This document shows positions 50,307 through 62,032 of a stretch of 64,000 nucleotides of DNA, piece after piece. The DNA lies in NCBI GenBank assembly GCA_965649825.1, contig OZ287706.1:806001-870000 (forward strand), given 5' to 3'. How positions within the stretch are numbered: the first letter of the stretch is position 1; each line of letters opens with the position of its first letter. Below the pieces are notes generated by a model. The model was not told where the DNA came from and made no database searches. It saw only the letters and a program-made list of their open reading frames with translations. The stretch comes from Penicillus capitatus. Lineage: Eukaryota; Plantae; Chlorophyta. Both the position numbers and the translations under genes were made by a program.

Positions 50307-51302
50307 TGTTGGCAGTCGGCGCGGCCTGGAGGTGGTCGACGGATGCCCCGCGGCGTTCTGCGCGTAGATACGAGACGCGCAAGACCAGAACCAATTGATT
50401 AATATTCATTGTCCTGTTCACAAATCTATGCTCATCCACAGTTACTATCCACATGCTTCCCTGTGCACTCCGATCGGTAACTCTAATCGGCCAGCCAAAC
50501 CACTGGAAAGCATGTCTTGTTCCGTCGCTTGGATACCAGTGACAAGGAAGAATCTGATTATCACGATCCTCGTCTGCAGATGTGCAGATTCCAGCGCATC
50601 TTCTCCCGTGTCCACGGTTCGCCGACGCTTTTGCATGGTTGTCGGTCTTCAGTTCGACGATGGATGGCGCATTTTTCGCCAGACGGAGCAATCACCTCGC
50701 GCGGTACGTCATCCTCTGTCACCGCATGGTGTGTCCGTTCAGGCGTCCCATCGTCGGCCCCTTGGCTGGAGTTCCCCTGGCATGTCCGCGACGACACGTC
50801 AGCGCCACGCGACCTCCACTGCGCATCCACGACTGCGCATGGAGTCGCCAGACTGCGACACCTCAGCCAGGCCGACGCGACCCCGCAAGACAGCACTACC
50901 GGCTGATGCGACCCGCGACAGACCTCCAACACAGCCCGTGCCGTCATTTATGCACAGGGGGGGGAACAAAGAGCGACGCTTCAGCAATACAATCTTCGTC
51001 TTCGGCAAACTCCAGAGGACAACAAATGTAATCGACAGTGTTTTTTCAACCCTCGGCAGTTATCCGTCGCCTCCAGGACTCCGACTGAGAGCTTCGTCTT
51101 GACGAGCATTGCGTTCAGCGGAAGCATTAGGAGCACCTCGCGCTCCGAAACCATCTGTTGGCAGTCGGCGCGGCCTGGAGGTGGTCGACGGATGCCCCGC
51201 GGCGTTCTGCGCGTAGATACGAGACGCGCAAGACCAGAACCAATTGATTAATATTCATTGTCCTGTTCACAAATCTATGCTCATCCACAGTTACTATCCA
51301 CA
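50307..51302 (-). mobile_element. TRIM (miniature LTR retrotransposon), 996 bp
   Basis: Two 147-bp LTRs (50307-50453 and 51156-51302), identical by eye, TG..CA; TSD GCCTG on both sides; PBS-like TGGTTTCGGAGC 2 nt from the 5' LTR on -; weak PPT AGGGAAGCA; no intact pol. Confidence 0.92.
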
Positions 51303-51340
51303 GCCTGCGTCAGAACCTGAACGATACGAGACATAGTGTC

Positions 51341-51805
51341 TTATCCTTCATGGCCCGTCTCAAATATTCGTCCACTCTTATATAGGCCGAGTTGCGAGTA
51401 GGTCGCCCTCGCTGTTACATTGCTGTGGTTGACAATGAGCTTCAGTGCTGCGATGCCTCTCTCCTTCGCTGTACGACGCGCATGGTAATAGAGTGCGCGA
51501 AAGTATCCTTTTCTCCGATGATCGGGATGGACATATGCACTCTGGACGTTCCACTCAAACGCATTCCTCCATGGAATCCACTCTGGCTTCACCAGAAGCT
51601 GTCCAACGCATTCATCTCCGTACGAGGCTAGAAAGTAAGTGCCGAAGGCGGGATTCGCCAGAATCTTCGTCGCAGCCGCTTCGGTTTTCGCGACGTCGAG
51701 CGTCACCGACTCCGATTCGAACGCAATTGCCCGCACGTGCTTGGCGACGACGCGTGCATCCGCGACTACTGCTGGACGGATGTGAAGCGCTGCTCGGTTG
51801 GACAT
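51341..51805 (-). CDS. GNAT family N-acetyltransferase, copy 2, intronless
   Basis: VGQLLVKPEWIPWRNAFEWNVQSAYVHPDHRRKGYF..LKLIVNHSN; paralog of 49449-49949. Confidence 0.9.
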   Translation of the reverse strand: MSNRAALHIRPAVVADARVVAKHVRAIAFESESVTLDVAKTEAAATKILANPAFGTYFLASYGDECVGQLLVKPEWIPWRNAFEWNVQSAYVHPDHRRKGYFRALYYHARRTAKERGIAALKLIVNHSNVTARATYSQLGLYKSGRIFETGHEG

Positions 51806-51974
51806 GGTAAAGGACACGCACGTTGTCGTACTGTCGGATCCGTCACGTTCACTTAATCTCCCCTTATCATCCTCATAAATGCACTCTTATTCTATCTGGG
51901 CTTTGTGACAGAACCGCAACCGGAGGCTTTCTAGGCGAGAAGAGTGTACGACCATCACGCACGATGATCCCGCG

Positions 51975-52620
51975 GGGACCTGTGAAGAACTCACTCCAGC
52001 AGCCTGACCCTCCACGTCCCTTACGATGTCGTCTGCATGGACACGTATGTCTCCCTCGCTACCCATGCGAGGGAGATGCGGGGAGAAGAGTTGGCGCCCG
52101 AATCGTCTCCGGGATGACTCATCTCACAAGCACAGCGAAAGTCTTGAGGTAAGATGAAAGTAAGCGAGCAAAGATAACGGAGGCCATGTAAAAGGTTCAG
52201 CCAAGAGACAGCTTGTTACAGCGACAGACAGCAGATGTTTCTCGAACAACAGATCGTGTGCGATCCACAGACACAAGTGTGAACTCAGATGTCAAACGGA
52301 AGACGTTTTACGCGTCCGACCCATCGCTTGTATACTCCTCCAATGATTGGATCGAAGGGACAAGTTAGGAAAAACCGTGAAGTGCAAGAGTGAGTTCCCA
52401 ATGAGATTCTAGAAGGGTTTCAAGAACTTTAATGTGAAAATCGCCAACAATTTATAGTCCTTGTCATCACGACCTACTCGCAGCACGCATGCTCAGCTAC
52501 GGTAACGTCGCGAAGCCAGGGGCGCAAAAACGACAAGTGACAAACAAACGCCACCAATTACATTGACGTCCCATCAACGTTCCGTTAGAATGGCGCCATA
52601 TTTTGACAGGACCTCTTGGA
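51975..52620 (+). mobile_element. Older, diverged relative of the 18.4-kb solo LTR; boundaries unresolved
   Basis: Colinear shared blocks: ctgtgaagaactc..accctccacgtc..gcatggac; ctcatctcac.aagc.cagcg.aagtcttga; aactcag.tgtcaaacg; caagagtgagttc.caatgagatt; catca.cgttcc.t.agaat.gcgcc. Confidence 0.75.
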
Positions 52621-53560
52621 TTTTAACAGGTACCTTCTGCTATGCTGATGCAACAAGCACAGGTTTCCGGTTGGACTCGGTTTCGGCGAGAAAAGAACAG
52701 ACGTGTCACTCTTTTCGGTTCGACATCGACCGTCGCTGTTCAAAACGTATGAATGAACGGACAAACCCGCATCGAGAGTTCTGGCAATGTCTATACATAG
52801 ACATTATGTATACGTCGAGGTAGGATGCTACAAACACTGATAATTACAGACGAGGTAGAGTTCAATACAGGGGCGTGTATGAGTATCTAGGTGTTGATGT
52901 GACCTAGAAGGGGACAGTTGTCCAGATGGTACGACAGCGAAGCTAACAGCTGTCCCCTACGACAGTATATCTGCATCACTCACGAACGATCGGATTTACA
53001 TTCTTACCTGCATAAACTTAGTCAAAAGGGAGACTTCGTGTGCACCGGGATGATCTGCTGTTTCGATATCGTCATCAGTAGAGACGTGTATCGATTGATA
53101 TCCAGATTTTAATTTCGCAACGAGAGGTTTGTGGGTGATCATGTCAGTGCAACGATGCCAGACGTTCGGATGGCATCTCAGCTTTTAGTCACAAGATCGA
53201 TCGTTGCCTGAGATGTTCCGACCTTTAAAAGCAATTCGCTCTGAACAGTATAGATGCTAAGATGCTTTGAATCACCAAGGCCGTTTGCCATTGTTTCGAT
53301 GTTGACAATACAAGTGACTCTTAGTTCTGAGAATAATAACACACACATTCTTACACTCTCTAGGCGGAAAGCCATTGTCCGACAATTCACAACTCCGGTA
53401 AAAAGGAGGTCACACACAGGTCATCGTAATGATTATGGAGACTGCAGCAAGGATGAGGGTGTTCTATCAAAAAGCCTTGTGGTATTGTTTCTTGGCTAGC
53501 CGTGGGTTAACATCAATAAAATCAACGATCAGAAGTAGAGGAGTTTGATAAAGTCTCCGA

Positions 53561-54813
53561 CTAGATGAGCCATTCCACTTCCAACTGAATCTGCCCGGCA
53601 TGTCGCTCGCCGTCTTCTGAGTCTGGGGCATTCACATTGAACCACGAGTTATAATTTTCCTCTGCAGCAACCCAAAGCGTGCGTTCTGAAACTGAGAGGC
53701 TGCCCATGGGATCATCAGGTGTCAAATGATCCCTGTCGATCAGTTTTATGGTTAGCTGGTCCATTCCATTTGCATCTAAAGGTCCCAGGTCAAAGAAAGT
53801 CTCCTTCTCCCACTTCGGCGTCAACGTTCTTGTTTTGACAGATGACGAATAGCTTAGTCCCCGAAAACGCATTTGGTAGTACGGATCCGACGTGCCCCTC
53901 CTTCCGATTTTGTTGTCTTTCGGGAGAAGTTCCTGTCCCTCTACCACCCGAGCACGTGCATGATTAGCCCTAGAGGACGTCGATCCAAGAGATGGGGGTG
54001 CTTCAACGTCGTCCTGCAGGGAAGGCAGATGTTAGAACAGCACTCTAGCAGGAAATCTCTACAGTTGAATTCGGCTCTGTGAGGTTTTCATTGCCAGATT
54101 TAGTCAGTGGACGATAATACCAACCATCTGTTGTACTCATCATCATCACGATCCACGCATCATTTCTTTTTAGGGGTTTAGACGTAGAATCCCAGAGACA
54201 CCCTGTCTGCTGATATTCTTCTCCATTCAGTTCCAGATGCACTTCCACAGGTGGAATCTAAGACCAACAGATCGAGAAGATCCTTGTTAAAGGAGACAGA
54301 CGTCTGTGAGTGTTTCAAATGGGGGCTGGCATTTTATGGAGAATAAGATGAATTGAGGATTGGATAAAGCAGCAGGCATTCTGAGATGAATTGTCTGAAC
54401 TGCGTTTCGGTCTTGGTCTTGCTCTTCCTGTGTACACGAGTTACTTTCCCATAAGGTCGTGTTTCCCTTTTTGCCTAAAAGGGCTTTCATCGTTTTGCCG
54501 TCCTTCATGAACATTCTAGCCGGAAAGGGCGCTTCCCCGACGCTGTGACACAGCCGTTAGCATTGCCCGTAGCTCTTATTCGCGCACTTGTTGTCCGGGC
54601 CTTTACATTTCAGACTCAGGCACACCTCTCGTACACTGTTATCCATGCGACGCCATCCCGTGTCCTGTCTTGGTGGCCTTGGTACGTCGTGTTCGTTTCC
54701 TATAGGTCCACACATTACTCACTGTCGACAAGGATACCTAACGGCCGACCAAATCGACGGTTTTTAATTCTGTTCGCACGGGGAAATGGTTCCGTATCAA
54801 AGTCGTCTTCCAT
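53561..54813 (-). CDS. TerD-like + C2 domain protein, copy 3 (highly degenerate TerD)
   Basis: MDNSVREVCLSL matches the family N-terminal motif; QFILFSI; WIVMMMSTTDGWYYRPL; C2 exon VVEGQELLPKD..SDPYYQM..TLTPKWE..IDRDHLTPDDPMG. Confidence 0.7.
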
Positions 54814-55690
54814 AGTGCTATCGGCTATATCCCAAATCTGCGCTTCTCTGGTTCCAATTCTTCGCGTCGCAGCAATTGATGTAAATAGATGATAGTCTCT
54901 GCTTAAATCTAAGAGCAGATGCCATCCACCATCAGCCTAATTGACTTCATCAAACTACATGACCCATAGAATTAACTTCTGAGTAACCGCAAAGGTTGAA
55001 GCTGCTGCCGTGAACAGGCAGGGAATCGATGGAGAAGCTCTGAAACTCGAGAGTTTACCGTCTGTGTCCAGAATGTCTTGAAACCTTCGACCGTTTTGAA
55101 ACTGGGATGAGCTACACTCTTCATGCACGATTGGTGCATGCCGGAAGTTACTGAAACGCTGTCCAGTAGTTGGTTGCTCGTTGTCGACGCATGCATCATC
55201 TCAGCAGCAGTGCGAGACGACGAGTGTGTCTTCTATGCGCGAATGCACCTTCACAGAAACGTCGTTGGAGATTCGGCGTACGATTCGCATTGCAAACAAC
55301 AACGGGACTCTTAAAGTCGGCGCAACATCGAGCTTCCTGCTTCGTTCGCCTTTGATGCGAACGAGAGAACAGTTTTTGGCATACCATCGACGTTGCCGTA
55401 CGATGAATCCATAACAGACAAAACTGCCCTGCAAAAATGTGGTGTCTCTGAAGAATCATTAAATCGCTGCAACACGCAAAAAGGCGAAACGATCCTTTAT
55501 GGTGCAAAACCAGCTGAGAGATCGAAGGAAAAGTAAAAGATGCAACACACACTGCAAGTTGACCGATGAATCGCTCTTGCTGAAAGGCAAGACGCATTCG
55601 TGTCGGCGTTGGGCAAAGTATAAAAGAGCAACACTGCGTGATAACGCATCGCCAGTGCCGATTTGGAAGAGAGGGATGCGGATGCCACTC

Positions 55691-57547
55691 TCAGGTTTCC
55701 AGAACAGATGCCGCCTTATAGGCAGAGTATTCAGAGTCTCCGGACTCTGCCTCACACTGAGGAAGTGGCGGACAGGTGTGTTCCATGCTTCTTCGACGCC
55801 TCCTACGATTTGCAAAGTCGCCCAGCTCGGTGAACGCTTCGAAGTCGAATTCGAGCGCTTCAGACTGAGAGTAAGGCTCTGGGCAATCTTCGATCGTCTG
55901 CGGCTCTTCTGTGTTCTGTGCGCATGCTGGATGGTCGTCTGGTGGTGGGCCAGCCCATCCATAGAGCTCTCCCATGTAACTCTGTCTGTTCAAATGAGCC
56001 ATCAGATGAAAATCTGCCTTCTTCTGAAAGACAAGGATAAAATCTGAGCCGCCAAAGAGGAATGTTCCCAGTTCGTCGCCTTTGTTCACGTGATCTCCCA
56101 CTTCAACAGTAAAATTGATTCCTGCCACCTGTGCCATTCCGATAGGCATCGCCACAACGTAACCGATCTTCGGATTGTCCGCTTCGATGGTGATCAGACC
56201 TATTTAAGGGACATAATTCGAAGAATTGCATGATCTGCTGGGAATACCTCTCTGTTGGACGAAGTGATATCCAGCCTCGTCCTCTGCATATGGCATGATA
56301 ATGTGTTGTCCAGTTGTCGTGACGTTGAGGTAGAACTGTCCGGCGATCACTCTTCGCTCGACGATCTTTCCAGAAACCGGGGAATGCCAGCGATGATAAT
56401 TGTAGGTGCTCAAGAAGGAATGCGTGAATTTGCCACCTGCGAAGCAATCTCTGTAGTGACTAAGGAACAACAGCTCTTGAATGGACCACAGGGCTCCCTT
56501 CACATTGATGACTTCGTGTGGATCGCCAGTATCGATCACTGTCGTACTGCTGATGTTGTATGAGGCGACAAAAGTCGAATCTGCCGGAAACACAATGGCG
56601 TCTGGCTCACACGTGCAGTTGATCGGTCGAACGCCAGGTTTCAGATGTCGAGCAAAGTACTCATTGAAAGTTCGGTAACCGCCTTCGGGTACGATATAGT
56701 CATTCCAGCAGAACAGCACGTCTGTTTTGAACGTCTCGACGCATAACGCCGAGTGGTTTGTGTCTAAGTACGTGCCCCATGCAACCGCATATTCCCTGGT
56801 CCATGCGGACAAAAATGACAACTGCTGTTGCGTGGTTCCACACATAGTCGTGCCGGGAACGACTGGACTTTGTAGTTCCATAAGGCTGGTCATGTTGAGC
56901 ACAAGATAGAAAGTACTCAGTGCGTTGTATACGTTTCTTGTGTTGCCGCTTTGGTATGGGGGTGTCATGAGCAGCTGATCCGCATATCTGAGGAAAGTCT
57001 CCGTCGAGTTGATACACTTGGCCGTCTTCACGTTCAGCGAAATCAGCTCTTCGATGGCATCATCGAATGCAACTCGGAGGGTGTCGTTTGCCAGGAGTTC
57101 GTCTGCGAGTTTCTGCACAACGGGCTGGTACACCTCCTACGATCACCACCGATCATCATGGCGTCGACGCGCCGCCGGCTAAGTCATTATTACCTTTGGC
57201 GGCGTCACGCATGTACAGTCTTTCTGAAAGATACGGTGACCGAGTCCACATAGACAATCGTCGTCTTTTTCGTCTTTCGTCTTTTCGCGCTCAGGGAGAG
57301 GGAGGATGACGCAGTGCGGCCTCTCGGCTGGGTAGAAGAAAACGCAAGCGGGATCGCAAATGTCTTCTTCGACTCTCCTCGCGTATTTTCCTTTCGCCAG
57401 ATGCGGTCTGCGGATCTCCTTAGGGACCTTGTCAATATGGCCGTATGCGGAAAGGCCTTTAATCTTGTTTTCCGTTTCGTCGGCCTTGACGTATGATATG
57501 GCTGCCGTTAAGAACAGCACACAGGTTATCCATTTGCTGTTAACCAT
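55691..57547 (-). CDS. Signal-peptide-bearing phosphatidylserine decarboxylase-like proenzyme
   Basis: Signal peptide; YRTFNEYFARHLKPGVRP, VFPADS, FLSTYNYHRWHSPVSG, IGMAQV, KGDELGTFLFGGSD (self-cleavage Ser); many N-x-S/T sequons. Confidence 0.85.
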
Positions 57548-58480
57548 GGTTGAAAGGCCAAGTGCCAGCGAAGGGTAACGAAACCACAGACGCGCGAAGA
57601 ACTTTCAGAGCCAGCAGTTAGCGCCGGCATTTATCAGATCCGAGCGATGCGACGTTTTGAGATCGAGAATCTCGAGCTGCTACTACAAGAATTCTTATGG
57701 TATGATCAGGGAAATTCGTAGCGCATGGATAAGTTCGAAAAGGAAAGAGAGCCCGAGGACTGAAATTCTTCTCCGAAATAGACGATCCCAGGAGACAAAA
57801 CACAAGTCTGCATTCGAACGAGCATCACCGACCTCCCATCTGGATTGAATGGATATCGAATTGAGAAGACCGGGCTTGGTATGAGCAGCAAACCAATTCA
57901 GCGCCGTCTGAATGTTCACTGGCGAAGCTTCAGCGGATACCGATTTCGAACAAGTATCGGGGATATCGACGAGACAAGCAACAAATCAGAATGTACGCCT
58001 TCTTCGAGCTGGAGAGAGCTTTCGCGCCGAAGAAAGCGATCGCCGACAAACACACTATTCAGTTTGGAGGGAGCTGATGACAAAGGAGTACCTCTGTCAT
58101 GCATTCACATCCAAACCGTGTCCTGTTCTTATTCGATATACCTTTCCAATCTCTTCGAATGATCATTTGTGTACTGTCGTACTCTGAGTTTTTGCACTGT
58201 ATCTTGATCTTGTAGCTTGTATTTGTGAGGATGCACATTCTCTGAATCCACTTTAGCATTCTTCTTTACGACGCAAGGTCATTTGTGTCGTCGGTCCACT
58301 CGCGCAAAGGTTTGATGAATATGGCACGCAATCGAGCTCCACATGTCAGCAGAGAAAAGATAGATGATTTCTTCTTGCGCCCGACTCGGCCGCCGTTTCG
58401 CAATGACTGTGGACAAATCGTATACGAGACGGTGCTGTGTTCGGTAGAATCAGAGGCAAAATGAAGCAATCATTCTAATT

Positions 58481-58675
58481 CAATATGTCCTGTACGAGGG
58501 TAGAACCCTCGAGATTCCGAGAAAGGGAGCAATGGAGTTGCTAACAGGACGCTCAACTTGCAGAAGTGCTCAAAATATCCACAGAAGAGTCATCACTGAA
58601 GACGCAATATGTCCTGTGCGAGGGTAGAACCCTCGAGATTCCGAGAAAGGGAGCAATGGAGTTGCTAACAGGACG
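58481..58675. repeat. 71-bp direct repeat x2 (58481-58551, 58605-58675) with internal inverted repeats
   Basis: Copies differ at one base; each contains GTCCTGT..ACAGGAC, CGAGGGT-AGA-ACCCTCG and AGCAA-TGGAG-TTGCT. Confidence 0.85.
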
Positions 58676-59067
58676 ACCCTCACAACGTCGCACTTAAAGA
58701 AAGGCAACTCACACCAACTGAGCATAGCCAATTGAACAATTTCAAGCGGCACATAGAATTCTTCAAGCGCATTTCCAAACGACGTGCCAGATTCCAGCCC
58801 TTGCTGAGCACTCTGCCAGTGACAGGGCCGCAAAATGCCGTTCATCATCGTCAGGTCTCCAAATATCAACATCTGTTCAGCACGCAACCATTACATCTTG
58901 TGTAGTCGCCCTTTGTCGCAAGGCATAAGATATGTGACCCTCTTTGTGGCCACGTCTCTTTGACACACACAGTTTTTCCGCATTTCTGGGATGCGTTGTT
59001 CGTTTGTTCGTCATCACGTTGCTTCATCTTTATGTCCGATGCGTGTTGATGAGCATTTCTTCGCATC

Positions 59068-61487
59068 ATGTCCAGTCGACAGCGGCGTCAGTTTGAACGA
59101 CAAAAAGATTTCCTCGCAGGGTCACCCGACAGCGATGAAGCGACAGACGATTCTGCCAAGAATTCCTCTCCTATCACTGCGCCTTCCACCAATCCCTACG
59201 AGCTCTTGGGGGAACTCGTAGAAAACGGCTCGGCCTCTGAACACGTATGTACAGATGCATTTCAGCCACATGACAGCCGACGATGGCACAACCGTATCTC
59301 TGACTAGGAAACAGAGGATGTCGTGCATCATCATCCTCCAGAAGAAGAGACGAGTCAACGACATGAGACTGATACTGGGAGAAAGAAGAAAAGAAAAGGC
59401 AAGAAGAAAAAGAAAGCCGCTGTCGACGAGGATGCCGAGTTGGATCGTCTGGTACACGAGATCGAAAATGCCAAAGCAAGAAGACAGTTTCCAGTGAAGG
59501 CGACTGACATGTGATGGTCAGGTTTCGCAACCGGCAACAGATGCCACAGCCGCCCAGCCGTCCGCCGCATCGAGCAAGGACGCCAGAGATGCGATCTTCA
59601 CTCTTTCGCTCAAATCTCTAAAAGGCGACGAAGAGGTGGGGGCTTATATCTGCTGTTTCGAGAATGCGATGTTCGGCAATGTGGCTTAGCTGAATCGGAT
59701 GTTCGGAGCACATGTCGTGGCAGGTGTCGAGGCAGAACTGCAGAGAAAGCGACGACAGGAAGAAGGACGGAGAGGACTGGGCGATGTACGACGACGATTT
59801 ATGCGTCGTTTCCTTCTGACAGATCCTCAACCGGAATGGAGTGCCAGAGAGTCAGAACTCTCCATGATCTTCAAAGGCATCACAAAGCACAGCCATGCCA
59901 GAATCTCAATGCTCAGGGGACGACGTTGTAGGTGGAGAGCTTTTTGAGTACGTACCCAGTGAGGCCTACGCAAAAACACACGATCTTTTCGTGGAATGCC
60001 AAGACGTGGGAGATCCCAATGTACTGAGCGCATTCATTGCAAAACATCCATTTCATGTGGAGGCATTGTTGGCAATGCACGATGTCTTAAGCGCCACAGG
60101 TTCCCACCTGCATGCAGACGAGTGCCTCAACAGGTCTGTGCCGTCAGCGACCGGCATCTAACAGCCCTTCTCTTTTCGCAGAGCTTTGTTCGCACTGGAG
60201 GCTGTTTGGCACAGAAGCTTCTCTCCAACTTCAGGAAAATGTCACCTCAGCTTCGAGGTCTTCTTCCTCAGAGCATGACATTGTGGCCTTCAGCAGCTTT
60301 GTTGAAGGTGGAGTCCAATCGCCATCTGTTTCGGGCGCTGTTCATGCACGTACAGCGATTGAGCAGAAGAGGATGTCTGAAGACAGCATTCGAATGTTGC
60401 AAATTTCTGTTGAGTCTAGACACCACAGATCCTCTCGGAACACTCTGCATGATCGACTACCTTGCTATTCGAGCTGGTGCTTGCTTCCTCTGACACTGCT
60501 GCCTCAATGAGATTATCTGGTGCCTGTATCTTCAGGTCAGTTTGGATTCGTGCAGAGACTTGTCGAAGCCATTCCGGATGGTCCTTCCCTTGCAGTGCGC
60601 CCCGGTTTTGCTTTCTCCTTTGCCCTGTGCCACTTCAAACAAGGAAAACGTAAGACAGCACGAGTGATATGCCCATTGGAAGAACGCCTGTTCTTGGCAG
60701 ACGAAGAATCGATGGACAGTCTCGTCCAAGCTGTGCTGATGTACCCCTTGGCATTGAATCGTCTGATAGGGAAGCTGAAACAGAGCGGTACACGACTGGA
60801 TCAACAATGGCAGACAATCTTGCAGCATCCTTTCTTTGCCAAAGCGACAGAAGACCGAAGCGCCTCGTTGGGTCATCTGGTGAGCAATGGACGGCCTTAG
60901 GTATCTCGTGGCATGCTTGAGTTTTCTTTGCAGATCAATCTGTTTGTGGAAAGGCATCACACACTGTACAAATCTCAAGACATCTTGAATTGGCTGGTCG
61001 ACGGAGTGAAGATGGCGCATGATTGTGTTCTGAAGCGTTCGATGTTCCAAGGTGTCACCGTTGAGGACTGGACTTGCGTAAGGACAGCAGCTTTTCCTCC
61101 GGACGATCAGAATCATTTTGGGTACATACATCATTCTTATCGTTATCCTATCACGCGATGTTGTGTCCTGCAGTCATCTGCATCTGTACGATTTCTCGGA
61201 TGATATCAGCAGATTGCCGGAAGATGTTCTCCGCGGAGATGGGGCCGAGGATGCCAGAGCGGATCTCGAGAGACGAATGGCACAGGAGATTGAACAGCAC
61301 GGTCATGTCCACGATCGAGATGGCGCAGAAGCATCACCTGTTCTGTGCTGTAGGGGGGATCGATGGAATCGTGCATTTGAGGCAAGATGATCTCAGAAAT
61401 GCGAATCCATTGATCGTGTTTCTGAGGTCATTGCTTCCGTGGGTACAAACGGACGAAAGAAATCCACACCCTCCAAATGATGCTTAA
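59068..61487 (+). CDS. TCF25: TCF25 / Rqc1 (ribosome quality control) homolog
   Basis: MSSRQRR, KHPFHVEALL, NRHLFRALF..LSRRGCLKTAFECCKFLLSLD..DPLG..IDYLAIRA, C-terminal NPLIVFLRSLLPW. Confidence 0.92.
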
Positions 61488-62032
61488 ATGCTGTTGACAT
61501 GTAATGCTGATTTCGAAGGATCTACGGCAACATCTGCATCTCCTAGCTGACATCCCCAAATCCGCGACGCCGCTGGCGACGATCGCTCCGCAGCCTAAAC
61601 AGGAAGGAAAGCATACACGATGGCGAGAAAAGAACAACAGACGCAGAATAGAAGCGAAGGGTTGTCGCACTTTCCCGATCTAGTACTTTAAAAATTGCTA
61701 CTTGGAGACTCGCCTCGTTCTCTTGATATAAGTATGCAATCGAATCTGGCACATAATGCTCTCAGGCCTTATTTCCTTCCCAGCTGTTGACATCTCAGGT
61801 GCGTTTGACCATGTGCAAAGCAGCCATACGCGCGTAGTGGATGAGGATTCGATGACGTATCGAAGTGCTGCGATGTAGTGAAACTAGAGACTTAATAATG
61901 AAGTTCATGCTCTCCCTGTGGGAAAGACAGAAGCGTCATTGTTGGAAATTGAATCATCTAGCAAGAGATAAAAACCGACAACTTTAATGATTGTTGTTCA
62001 AGGCATTTCGTGCATCCGCATCCGAGCCTTCT

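Noticed and set aside
50395-51102. 235-aa + strand ORF inside the TRIM
   Set aside because: Antisense to the element orientation given by the PBS and PPT, with no motifs; only very weak gag- or RNase H-like traces on the - strand.
51832-53384. TGTCGGA...TCCGACA as termini of the second LTR
   Set aside because: The flanking 5-mers (CGTAC versus ATTCA) do not form a TSD, so the boundaries are left unresolved.
57579-58256. 226-codon frame interrupted only by TGA (UGA=Trp or Sec?)
   Set aside because: TA-starting stops are scarce in this sequence, so TGA-only stretches are expected by chance; no protein family or SECIS was recognised.
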